Assembly: GCF_009914755.1 (NCBI RefSeq)
Contig: NC_060931.1
DNA: 64,000 bases
Source: the human T2T-CHM13v2.0 reference genome, Homo sapiens
Direction: 5' to 3' (one strand)
Of the stretch, positions 42,845-55,143 are shown one piece after another (positions within the stretch are counted from its first letter, which is position 1; each line of letters begins with the position of its first letter). Both the position numbers and the translations under genes were made by a program. Under the pieces are notes generated by a model. It searched no databases and was not told the origin of the DNA. It was given only the letters and a program-made list of their open reading frames with translations.

Positions 42845-43384
42845 AAATGAGTTAGTATATTTTAAAAGCACTCAGACCAGAACTTGACACCTAGGAAGCA
42901 CTAGATGTTTTACCAAATCACAGGCCTAGGTGTGGTGTTCTTCAGCCTTCCTGGCGCCTGTGTTCCTCGGGCTGACCACGCTGGATTCCTCTTCTGTTGG
43001 AAGCTCCTCCACCCCACCCCTCCCAGTGGAGACCTGCCTGCCTCACTGCCTGCAGGCAGCCTGGCCCAACAGCTGCAGTATAGGCACAGGGGGCATTGCT
43101 CAGGGGTGCAGGTGTTCCCTAACCCTAAGTTGAGACCTGAGGGTCTCATTAGGTCCTCCAAACTTCCAAGATTGTATACTTAATGAATTGGAGGGTTTCA
43201 CCTTCCCCCAAATAGCCATTGAGCGAATCCAGCCACCACTCCCGTCAGGTCCTGGCTGTTCATGTTATGACACTGATGCTGGCGAGAGGGGAGTATCTTG
43301 AAAGGGCAGAACAATTGGGGTGAGGATGGGGAAGAAAAGGGAGAAAGAGATGCCCTCAGGTGGGGAATTTAATTTAGTCACATG

Positions 43385-43615
43385 ATAGTAGCATCAGGCA
43401 CTTGTGTTTTACTTTTCTCAGAACATTCTCACATGCATTCTCTTACTGTATCCTTACCACAAGTCTGGGAGCTAGCTGTGGCCGAAGTGGGTATTTTCTC
43501 TAGAAACAAAAGAGCTGAAGCCTAGGAAGGCTGAAGGACTTGCTCAAGGTCATGCAGCTACCTAGAGACAAAGCGGAGACCATAAGCCCAGAAGTGCTGA
43601 TTCCCAGGGCTCCCT
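43385..43615 (-). mobile_element. MIR
   Basis: 'gctgaagcctaggaaggctgaaggacttgctcaaggtcatgcagcta...cccagaagtgctgattccc'. Confidence 0.65.
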
Positions 43616-44179
43616 GCAGGGGATCATGTATAGAGAGTCACTGTGAACTGCTGTCTGAGCAAACTACGTGACCCCCTCTTGGCAAGACGAAAGGCCTTGG
43701 CTTGGAGCAAGATGGATGGAGAACACTCCGGGCCCACACTATGCTGTTTTGAAACTGTGCCAGAGAAGAGGAGTGGCCTGGAAGTGCAGCCCCCTCTGTT
43801 GGGTGTTTCTGAGAAAGTGTTTTTCTCCTTTGCTGGATTTAATGAATAAATTATAATAACTTTTGCGTTTTTATCCACATTATGCATGTTTATCTGCCCT
43901 TCCCCCGTAAACCCCCTTTCCCACTTCCACGTAGTACTATATTTCTTTTCATGTTTTATCTTTGGGAACTTGCCACTGATAATTATTTTTTTAAAAAGCT
44001 CATTCCTAGTGATTGCTGGTAAAGATGCACACCTCTTCATTTTCTAAAAATGTATATGCTCAGGACCAAAAATTCAGGGAGGCATGTGTGGGAAAAGGTA
44101 TATTTCCACTTCCAAAGAGAGGGTACTTTTTCAGAAGCTCAGAAAAGGAAAGGGGAAAATGTTATATGAGCCCTGGTGG

Positions 44180-44350
44180 TATGTGAGCTCCTTGGGGGAA
44201 TACATGGTTGTCTTATCTGTCTCCAGCTCTTTGAATAGATCTTGCATGCAGTAGCATGTGAGTACATTGATGGAATGCATGTACCAAGGAGCAGCTGGAT
44301 GGCTGATGGGCTGGATGGCTAAGTGAGTGCATGGATAGATGGATGCCCAA
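44180..44350 (+). mobile_element. L2 3' end
   Basis: 'atgtgagctccttggggg...tgtcttatctgt...gcatgcagtag...' followed by a GGAT-like tail. Confidence 0.55.
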
Positions 44351-46466
44351 GCAACAAAGTGAAACCTCATTTGGCTTGTTGTGTCAGAGAGCCTTCTTAA
44401 TTACTACTCTGGATTTCACTGCTATATTCTATTCTGGCCAAGTCTTGGAATTTCTTTATGTTCTAGGTGGGAAAAGATTACTTCTATAATTCATCAAGGA
44501 AAATACTAACTTGCTCCCCCAGAGAGCTGGGGGAAAACACATTAATATAAATATAATTGAGGAGTGGAAACAAAGTCTAGGAGGAGTTAAAGCATAAGTA
44601 TCAGCCTGGATGTGAATTCTAATATAGGAATTAGAATTCCTATATTAAAAATTGTATTAGAAACCTTTACTTTCTTGTGATTTCTGTTAGTTCAGTAAGT
44701 AACCTTTCTTGGAAGGTCTACTAATTCCTTTCAAAAAAGATATTTATTTTATATCTTACTATAATATACTAAGCACTGTTATTGCTAGGGTGTTTTGAAG
44801 GGGCAGGAGATGGTATTTAAAACTGAGTTGCAGTTCTAGGCAGTTAAATAAAATCCACTGACCAGAAAAAAATATGTAAAATGATAAGGCAGGATAAGTA
44901 TTCACTGCCAAAAAGTCAACAAAGAAAATAGTAAGGATTTATGTTCAGCAATCCCTGAGATTAAAATTTAAAATAAATAAATAGGGATAGTACGATTTGA
45001 AATCGGCGTCCTCTTTGAACTAGGAATTCAAGACTCAGAATAAAATGGTCCTTTTCATTGCAGAGCTGATCTTTGTGACCAACATCTTGTCTCCACCAGG
45101 AACATTTTAGTTGAGAAGCAGGAGAAGTCATTGCTAAGAAGCTTGGATTTTCAAAGAAACAGATATCAAATTGAGAAATCTCTACTAATCTTTCCCTTCA
45201 GAGTCTAGGCTTGGGTATTTTTTTTTTCAAAACTACATTTATTTTACAGATAATCAAGACTCTGACAGAGTTTTATGTCTTTTTATCACTCTTTATCTTG
45301 AAAAGCATTGTTGGCCTAAGGTTGAATCAGCCAAACACTCAGCCTCATGAAGAGCTTGTCTGGGGCCCATGGCGAGGAAAATGCCAGAATGTAAGTGCTT
45401 TAGAGACGGGAGCCATAATTGCAATGAGAAGGGGAGCTGTGGCTGGCTCTGACTGCCCTGCTTCCCACATTTTCTTTTAACGAGTGTCCCCACGTCCCCA
45501 CCGCCCCTCCCCCCCGACACTCAGATCCCTTCAGTTCCCACTGGCTGCCATTTTCCCTTGCTCTGCAGCCTCCAACTCCACTCCACTTAAGAGAACAGAC
45601 TGGAGACTGCTGGAGGCCCTGAAGTGATTTATTGCTTAGCAGGAACTTCACTAAACTTCCCAAGTTGATTTTTTTTAGTTTTGAAAATCAAACAAAGTTC
45701 AAAAAGTAAACATCACAGGTTGACATCCCAGCCCAAAGCTGAGGAAAAATGTCTCTTGTTACATTTTTTGGCACATAATAGAATTTATGAGCATTTTCAG
45801 TGTTTTGATTTTTTTCCCCAGTCACTGTTATTCCTTACCCTCCAGAGTTAGGTGTGGAGAGATTATGTTGGCCTGTTTCCATGGTGACACTGAAGAAAAG
45901 TAATTTTTTAAAGGAGGTTTCTACTGTGTTATTTCACATGCATGAAACATCAACATCTATGCTGTGTGGCTATTACCCCTAAACATAAAGACACAGAAAT
46001 GGTTGGAGTATTTTATATAAATAGACAAGTAGGGTGATATTTTCCTTGGTCTCGTGCCGACCCTAGTAACAAAAGTCTCTCAGTTACCCAGGGCACCTGG
46101 GAGAGAGTGAGGGAACAGTTCTGTTCAGTGTTAAGCAAGCTCCTCTCCTGTGAATAACCTTTTCTTTAAAAAAAAAAAAAAAAAAAAAAAAGCTCAAGTT
46201 GAAAGTCCACCCCCCTTCTACTTAAACTAGGGACCAGATGAAAAGTTCCTTTTGGGGCTCACTGTTCAAAGAACCAGGATTAATCTCTGTTTTCGATGTA
46301 GCTTACTTGGTCAACCACTGCAAGTATTCCCCTTATCTGTCCAAGGCGTTGTCTAGAATCTTCTTGCCCCAGTAAACAGTTGCTTACAGTCTCCTAGAGT
46401 GAGGTTGGTTAGGGTAAGTATATACCTTTAGCAGCAGAAATTTGGTGAAACTCTTTCCGCCACCCT

Positions 46467-48984
46467 ACACATAGACACACACCCCCCGCACATGCACACG
46501 TCACATCAGCATCAATCACACACCCCACTCACACACACCACGTACACAGTCGCACACACACACCCCACACATGCACACGTCACATCAGCATCGATCACAC
46601 ACCCCACTCACACACACCACGTACACAGTCACACACACACACACCCCACACATGCACACGTCACATCAGCATCGATCACACACCCCACTCACACACACCA
46701 CGTACACAGTCACACACACACACACCCCACACATGCACACGTCACATCAGCATCGATCACACACCCCACTCACACCACGTACACAAACACACACACGCCC
46801 CACACATGCACATGTCACATCAGCGTCGATCACACATCCCACTCACACACACCACGTACACAGTCACACACACACACCCCACACATGCACACGTCACATC
46901 AGCATCGATCACACACACCACTCATACCACATACACAGTCACACACACACACCCCCCCACACACACATGCACACGTCACATCAGCATCTATCACACACCC
47001 CACTCACAGACACCACATACACAGTCAGACACACACCCCACACATGCACACGTCACATCAGCATCGATCACACACCCCACTCACACACACCACGTACACA
47101 GTCACACACACACACACCCCACACATGCACACGTCACATCAGCATCGATCACACACACCACGTACACAGTCACACACACACACACACACCCCACACATGC
47201 ACACGTCACATCAGCGTCGATCACACACCCCACTCACACACACCACGTACACAGTCACACACACGCACACCCCACACATGCACATGTCACATCAGCGTCG
47301 ATCACACACCCCACTCACACCACGTACACAGACACACACACACACCCCACACATGCACACGTCACATCAGCATCAATCACACACCCCACTCACACACACC
47401 ACGTACACAGTCACACACACACACCCCACACATGCACACGTCACATCAGCATCGATCACACACCCCACTCACACACACCACGTACACAGTCACACACACA
47501 CACCCCACACATGCACACGTCACATCAGCGTCGATCACACACCCCACTCACACCACGTACACAGACACACACACACACCCCACACATGCACACGTCACAT
47601 CAGCGTCGATCACACACCCCACTCACACCACGTACACAGTCAGACACACACACCCCACACATGCACACGTCACATCAGCATCGATCACACACCCCCTCAC
47701 ACACACCACGTACACAGTCGCACACACACACCCCACACATGCACACGTCACATCAGCATCGATCACACACCCCACTCACACCACGTACACAGTCACACAC
47801 ACACACACCCCACACATGCACACGTCACATCAGCGTCGATCACACACCCCACTCACACCACGTACACAGACACACACACACACCCCACACATGCACACGT
47901 CACATCAGCATCTATCACACACCCCACTCACACACACCACGTACACAGTCACACACACACACCCCACACATGCACACATCACATCAGCGTCGATCACACA
48001 CCCCACTCACACACACCACGTACACAGTCACACACACACCCCACACATGCACATGTCACATCAGCATCGATCACACACACCACGTACACAGTCACACACA
48101 CACACACCCCACACACATGCACACGTCACATCAGCGTCGATCACACACCCCACTCACACACACCACGTACACAGTCAGACACACACACACACCCCACACA
48201 TGCACACGTCACATCAGCATCAATCACACACCCCACTCACACCACGTACACAGGCACACACACACACCCCACACATGCACACGTCACATCAGCATCGATC
48301 ACACACCCCACTCACACCACGTACACAGTCACACACGCACACACCCCACACATGCACACGTCACATCAGCGTCGATCACACACCCCACTCACACCACGTA
48401 CACAGTCAGACACACACACACACCCCACACATGCACACGTCACATCAGCATCGATCACACACTCCACGTACACAGTCACACACACACACACCCCACACAC
48501 ATGCACACGTCACATCAGCGTCGATCACACACCCCTCACACACACCACGTACACAGTCACACACACGCACACCCCACACATGCACACGTCACATCAGCGT
48601 CGATCACACATCCCACTCACACACACCACGTACACAGTCAGACACACACACACACCCCACACATGCACACATCACATCAGCGTCGATCACACATCCCACT
48701 CACACACACCACGTACACAGTCAGACACACACACACACCCCACACATGCACACGTCACATCAGCATCAATCACACACCCCACTCACACACACCACGTACA
48801 CAGGCACACACACACACCTCACACACATGCACATGTCACATCAGCGTCGATCACACACCCCACTCACACACACCACGTACACAGTCACACACACACACAC
48901 CCCCCACACACATGCACACGTCACATCAGCGTCGATCACACACCCCACTCACACACATCACGTACACAGTCGCACACACACACA
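46467..48984. repeat. CA-rich minisatellite/VNTR, 32 units of ~78 bp
   Basis: Consensus ~ CCCCACACATGCACACGTCACATCAGC(A/G)TCGATCACACACCCCACTCACAC(ACAC)CACGTACACAGTCACACACACACA; 32 occurrences of the 'tcacatcagc' core counted between 46501 and 48930. Confidence 0.97.
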
Positions 48985-49494
48985 ATCACTTCTTGAGGCT
49001 TCAGACAGGTTGCTTTATCTAGGGCAAGTCAAAGTTTGGAAACAGAAGAGGTCATGATGGATTGTTGTGCTGTTTCCCTTACGTGTAACCATGGTTAGAC
49101 TTTCTTGTTATGTAACTGAGAATACTTGGTTTTTGGAAAATAAAATGGAGAGCACTGCTTTATCTTGGAGAATAATATCCTCATGCATGTGGAGAATGCC
49201 TTTAACTTTTCCAAGGTTCTTCCTACATGTTATTTGAATTTCCTAATAATTCTGAAAGGTAGATTTTCTTGGCATTCCCCTTATCTTAAAGCTGCAGGGA
49301 CAGAAGTTTGCGTTACCTGTTCATTAGGGGCATAGCTGAGTCAGGGATTCTGGACCCTCGGTTTTCGCTGAGGTCCTGTGTTATTAATCCTATACTTGGC
49401 ATCTTCCACACAGCCAGTCTGAGAAAGCACAGGGCCTGCAGCTTCCTGGGACAGGGTCTCAGACACGCAGAGACCATCAGGAGGAGTTCACTCT

Positions 49495-49850
49495 GCTATT
49501 AACAAATGTTTACTGAGCACCTGCTACACATCAGACACTACTCCAGCCGCAATAGTCCAAACAGTCAAGAATCCCTACATTCTATGAGTACAAGGGAATG
49601 GTGAGTGAATGAGTAAAACACATAATGCATGTGTCAGATGGTGATTAGTGCCAAGGAGAGAAAGAAAGCAGGAAGAGGGGTAGACAGAATGCTGGGAGTG
49701 AAAAGAAGTGGGAAGAGGTGTTATTGAGGGGTGACATTGGAACAAAGATTTGAAGGTGCTAAGGGAGCAAGTTTTGAGGATGTCTGGGGAAGAGAAGTCC
49801 AGGCCAACAGAAAGATCAAGGAGTGTGGAAACCGGCATGCGTTGCCTTCC
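49495..49850 (-). mobile_element. L2a 3' fragment
   Basis: 'aacaaatgtttactgagcacctgcta...tgtcagatggtgattagtgc...gggtgacattggaacaaagatttgaagg...gatgtctggggaagag'. Confidence 0.8.
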
Positions 49851-50669
49851 TGAAATCCACAGAGCCGCATACTCATTGCATGTGTGTGTGTATTTGAAAA
49901 CTTCTTAAATTCTGAGGTTGGTACATGGCTTTAATTTTTGCCTTAATGGCTTCCTGCACTTGGGGAGCTCTTTAATAGGTGCATTCTGGTAGTAGTAATC
50001 ATCAGTCCTGGGCTGGTATCACATTACCTATGTGGAAAAAAGCAGAATTGCTTTGGCACTGATTGGGTCTTGGGGTGGTGACTATGTTTTCCTGGTTTTT
50101 AATGCAGATCATTGAAAACATGTCAGGGCCTGGTCTCAAGTGTTTCTCTTAAATGGGATAGAATCATGTTCTTATAAGCAGAGGGTGTAGGAAGGGACTA
50201 GGTGGGGGGTTGGTGGGCAGAAGGGTTCTTATATTTTAAATGCCAGTCAGCTGCAACCACTAGTTAACTGGAGCCTGTTCAAACTCATTTGGAGAACAGT
50301 TGAATTTTTAAAGTGCCTTTTGATTCTCTCTTTCATTTATTTTAACTGATCTGCTGGGATTAGGAGCTTGGTAGGGGAACACCAGAATGCTTGCCAAAAT
50401 GTGTGAATAATTAGAGCTGCGATGATGTGTGCCAGATAGAAGGGGAGTATTCACACTTCTGATTAGATTCAGCTAAATGCAGTTGTAAATCACTGCTGCC
50501 ACAGTAACAGCGCCCTGTCAGGACTGAGCACAAGAGGAGGCTCAGGGCAGTGAAGAGACGCAGGGCAGCCCCAAGGCATGGGGCTGGACCGAACCTTTGT
50601 GGAAGAGGAGGGCAAGGAGAATGGCTCCAGTCACCAGCAGCCCCTGGGACATTGGTTTTGGCATCTCTC

Positions 50670-51150
50670 TTTCAGCTCACTTCTACCGTGTTGAGTCTTG
50701 CTGGGCACTGAGGTGGCCACCATCTCAGCAAATGCGAGTAAGACGGGTCCCTGCTCTCGGGATGCTTACAGTCTCACGGAAGGTGAATGCACAACTGTGG
50801 TTCAGTGTGATGCATGTGTCCGCAGGACAGACATTGTGCTAAAGGGTCCCAGAGGAGGAATTGGGCCTGCTGAAGGGAAAGGAGAAGGGATAGGTGGAAA
50901 GGCAGTTATTTCCTTCAGAGATAAAAGTTGACATTTCAGAGTGCTCAGCAAGATAAGTTAGTGGCTGGAGGAGTTCCAGGCAGAGGGAACAGCACATGCA
51001 AAGGCACAGACAGGCAAAGCCCCACCCAGTCTAAGAGTGCAGTCCTCCAGGATGGCCGGGGAACTGGGAACAACATGGAAGAGGCTGGCGGTGCAACTTG
51101 GAAACACTGCAAATAGGTTGGGTCAGAATGTGAAGGGTCTCAAGTGCTCA
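50670..51150 (-). mobile_element. L2 fragment
   Basis: 'gtaagacgggtccctgctctc...gcttacagtct...gttccaggcagagggaacagcacatgcaaaggcacaga'. Confidence 0.7.
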
Positions 51151-52352
51151 TAGGAGGAAGCTCTTCTTCCAATTACGTACCACTCCCAAGATCCCAGCTA
51201 CCCCTTGGAGAGGGTGGGTTTCCCACCTCAGCCAGAGAACCCTGCCTTAGCCACAGTCATCGATGGGAATGTGTTAGTATTCTTTGGACAGGAGAAATAA
51301 ATGTTGAGAACCATTGCTCTCACCAGTGGAGAGTCTTAGGAGGTTAAGAAGGTGAAGAGGAACTATAAGATGGTTAAGTTAAAAAGAAAACTGGCAGAAG
51401 CTTTGGTGTAGAATTGTTAGTTTACAGCAAGGTAAGTCTGCAGGCTCCCAGATGTAGATAGGAGGTTACAGTCAAGGTCTGACCAAATGATAGAATCCAT
51501 TTCAAGAGAGATTTCAGAGTGGAATCCAGTCAGACTTGTTGAGGAAGACTCCAGCTGTGTGCTGGGTTTCTTGCTCCTTTCTGAACCATCCTTGCCTGAT
51601 CCTGACTTTTCTGTACGTGTGGAGTGCCATAGCTCAAGACACGATGTCCTTCGGAAAATAGACAGTGAGTGTATATGTTTTACAGTATTGCCCAAGAGGT
51701 GGAATCCTGTCATTTCCTAATCACAACTACACGTTTCCTCCCTCTCCAGCACTGCTCTGCTCCCTTTACCTAAGGTTGCTAAAGGTACTGGTGGTCTTCA
51801 AAAAAAAAAAAAAACAAAACAAAAAGCAAATACCCACCTCTTACTCAGGACACCCCAGTCAGTGGATGCCTTCTCTGGCCCCTCTCCCGTCCTGTTCTTG
51901 GAAAAGCAGCCTACTTTCTCTGTCCTGATCATGCAACAAGTTGCTCTGAAATGAACCAGCAGCTTGTGGTGGGAATAAAAGCCCAGGAAAAGGAATGCAG
52001 AAGGAAAGTGATGGAACGGCATGAAACCCAAAGCAATTGATAAAAATGAGCACCACATGGAGAATGTGGAAAGGAGAGGCAAGCATAAAAATCACAACCA
52101 CATCTGACATCTCTAGAAATGGAGAGAGACAAATGAAATCTCACATGTGGCTTTCCTCAAGTCAGAAAGATTCCGCTTCTCCATTCAGGGGCGGGATGAA
52201 GGAGCCTCTTTGGAAGCCGTGGGCCTTTCTCAAGTTGTTCTACCACGCCTTTCATTTCTCCCGCTTCAGCCAGTAAGTTCAAGTGCTTAGAGAAATGCTT
52301 AGCCTCTAGCACCTTCTCCAGGCACAAAATAATGGGTTGACCAAATTGATAA

Positions 52353-52649
52353 TTTTTTTTTTTTTTGAGATGGAGTCCCTCTTTGTTGCTCAGGCTGGAG
52401 TGCAGCAGCATGATCTCGGCTCACTGCAACTTCAGCCTCCCAGGTTCAAGCGATTCTCCCGCCTCAGCCTCCTCGAGTAGCTGGGATTTCAGGCATCCGC
52501 CACCACGCCCAGTTGATTTTTGTATTTTTAGTAGAGATGGGGTTTCACCATGTTGGCCAGGCTGGTCTCGAACTCCTGACCTCAGGTGATCCGCCCGCCT
52601 CAGTCTCCCAAAGTGCTGGAATTACAGGCATGAGCCACTGTGCCTGGCC
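52353..52649 (-). mobile_element. AluS
   Basis: Poly-T followed by an antisense Alu; TSD c(a/g)aattgata at 52342-52351 and 52650-52659. Confidence 0.95.
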
Positions 52650-54524
52650 CGAATTGATACCTCCCAAAGTATGCATGAAGGACAATAATTTGAGATATGA
52701 GGAAAAAATCTAAAATGACTTTTTCTACTTATTTTTATCTCACCTATTCAGATTTATTTCGTGAATGTGTATTTTAGAAATACATTAGTATACTGGTATA
52801 TCATTAAGCATATCAATAAGTAAAAATATCTCAGGCAAGTTAAATGAGTTATTTGTCTGTTTTTACTCTGGGGGGCACATGATCAGAATGTGTGAGGACT
52901 GGGAGAGTAGTTAGCAGTGTCACTAGCTGAATGTGGGGCCAGGAAGAATGCTCTAGAACTGTGAGTCCTTGTGGAAACAGGGGCATTAACTGGATCGGCT
53001 GCCTCCTTCTAGCCTATGAGATAGCCTGTTAGCTTCCCTTGTAGCTCAAAGAGCCCCTGGAAATCAGTAGTCAGAACCCAGAGAAAGGGAAGTTCTACCC
53101 GTAAAAGAGATGCCCATGTTTTCTTAGCTGATAGTCACTTTGCAGAGCCACACCCACAGGTGACAAAAGCACAGTGGAACTTACCCTCAGGCCCTTTCAC
53201 CATCACAGGCCTCTCTTCTTTCCTGGTTTTGTCGTTGGGTAGGGGTGGTGGTGTTGCCTCCCGGAACCCTCATCCAGGCTACATGAGACATGCAGACATG
53301 CTCCAGTGTCATGAACCTCCCCCTCAACAGCTCCTTCCCCCCTTTCTCCACAACACAAACAAAACCATCAAACTCCATATGATTGTTATAATCTAACTGT
53401 GGAGTCAGGAATACTGTGCTGCCCTACGTGATGCTCTTTTCATTTTTGCAGCCATCTAGCTTTCTTTTCCCCCTACCCCAGCAACCCACAAACTTAAACT
53501 CCAACCTAGTTCAACCTCAGAAATCCCATTAATGTCTTAGAGGCAGGTGGCCTGAGGAGCCCTTCACTTCTGCTGTCAGCTGTGTCTCCATGGCTCAGGA
53601 ACTTACCCTCCCACCCAGCCAGGCTGCTTTCCCTGTCAATAGCATTCTCATTCCCTCCATGTCTGTTAGAACTTGACCATTAGTCAAGCTGTTCCTGAGA
53701 TGTGTCTCTTGTAGAGATGTACACTGGTTAGAAATGGAAGCACCTCCGTGACTTTCCTCTCCCTGTCATGGTGACAGCAGTGTGACAGGTTTGACAGTTC
53801 CAGTTTCTAGGACCTCCAGCTGCAAGTGCTGCTTCGACCATGTGCTTACGAATTGCTTCAGGTCCACCTCGTACCCTTTCCCTCTCCAGCCATGTTTATC
53901 TTGGCTCCGTATTAATGGCACACCTTCTGAATGTTGGACAAAGATAGTAGCTCTTGTGTAAGAACACACTATCGACAGCAAATGGAAGATGTTACACTTT
54001 AAGGCTGCCAGTTGTCCCCACTTGTGCCATACTGAAATAGGAGATGGCCTGCATCTGTTTGAAAGAAATTGAGTGAAATAATAGTTGGTGAGTATAGTCC
54101 TGAAGGCAGTGAACTGTGATGGAATCAAGGATCTCTTCCTGTTAGAGTGACTTTTGCCCACCGCTTCCAGTGGTGCTTGTAGAACTTAGGATCTCAAGAA
54201 TATTTTGTGTCCCCTGCAGAAAAGTAGCAATGCAGGTTGTTCACATCCAGAGGTCATGACTCCCAACAGACTTTGTTTATAGCAGCCCAGGCTCAGTGAG
54301 GTGTATAGTGGGAAGGGCCCAGTACCACATGGGCAGAGAAGCACTCATTAACTTCCTACCTGGTTGTAAACATTAGAAAGTTCCCATTCAGAAAAGTACT
54401 TAACAGCAAATATCACAGCTATGGTATAGTCCTGTTCTGAAGCGGATGTGTTTTACAGGTGAAGACTTCAGGAAAACAGCCAAAGAAGATGTGATCTTCC
54501 AAGATATCATGTACCCTCCATTGT

Positions 54525-54720
54525 TTGTCAGTAGAGGAGTTTTGGGCATTTAGGGTAGACTCCTCCCACACATCACAAAACACTTAGCAACACTGCTTTG
54601 CCCATTAAATACCAGTATCTATCACCATCACCTTGACTCCTGAAAAACAGTCCCACACAGTTGCAAGTGCTCCCCAGGGTGGGGAGGAAAGGAGCACTTC
54701 TCCAGAGGGAGAACCAGGGG
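54525..54720. mobile_element. MER20/MER20B-like hAT relic
   Basis: 'cttagcaacactg...cccattaaataccagta...aaaaacagtcccacacagttgcaagtgctcccc...gagaacca'. Confidence 0.5.
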
Positions 54721-55045
54721 AAACGAGGTAGCAGCACCCATAGGTGTGCCTGTGCACTGGGTGCAGCTAGTCGGTTATTTCACTCAGACTCTTGATGATT
54801 CAACACATTTTGGAAAGAGAAAGTTTGTCCCCAAAAGAGGCACCTGACTGGCCCAATCCATTGTCACATGTTAATGGCTGTCACATGACAGCCAGTTGCT
54901 GGATCTGTTTATGTCACCAAATAGTCACTGTCTAATTAGACTTACAAATTCTAAGTGTAGCATTAGATTTACAAAGTCAGTAAACTGTGATGTGTGCCTG
55001 TGTTATCTTTCATGATCTGACAGATCATGTTTGAAAATTGGCCCA

Positions 55046-55143
55046 AGCTAGGCCCAGTGGTTTGTACCTGTAATCCCAGCTACTTGAGAGGTTGAGGTGG
55101 GAGGATCACAACATCCTGGGAACAGAGCAAGACTCCCGTCTCA
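55046..55143 (+). mobile_element. Internally deleted Alu monomer (FLAM-like) whose tail is interrupted by AluJ
   Basis: 'cctgtaatcccagctacttgagaggttgaggtgggaggatcac...agagcaagactcccgtctca'; A tail resumes near 55461-55490; TSD-like gaaaattggccc / gaaaaccggcca. Confidence 0.75.

Noticed and set aside
46467-48984. CRISPR-like repeat-spacer appearance
   Set aside because: Primate DNA; the units are wholly repetitive with no unique spacers, and there are no cas genes.
46492-49057. Three overlapping 738-834 aa His/Thr-rich ORFs
   Set aside because: All three plus frames are open only because the CA-rich repeat unit lacks TAA/TAG/TGA. The frames swap peptide motifs at each CA slippage, there is no promoter or exon context, and this is not a mucin or His-rich gene.
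51292-51431. Possible 140 nt plus-strand exon ending in AAG/gtaagt
   Set aside because: Weak acceptor; such donors are common by chance in 64 kb and cannot be supported without RNA data.
53766-54161. 131 aa ORF / possible processed pseudogene
   Set aside because: No recognisable protein similarity, poly-A tail or TSD; the length is compatible with chance.
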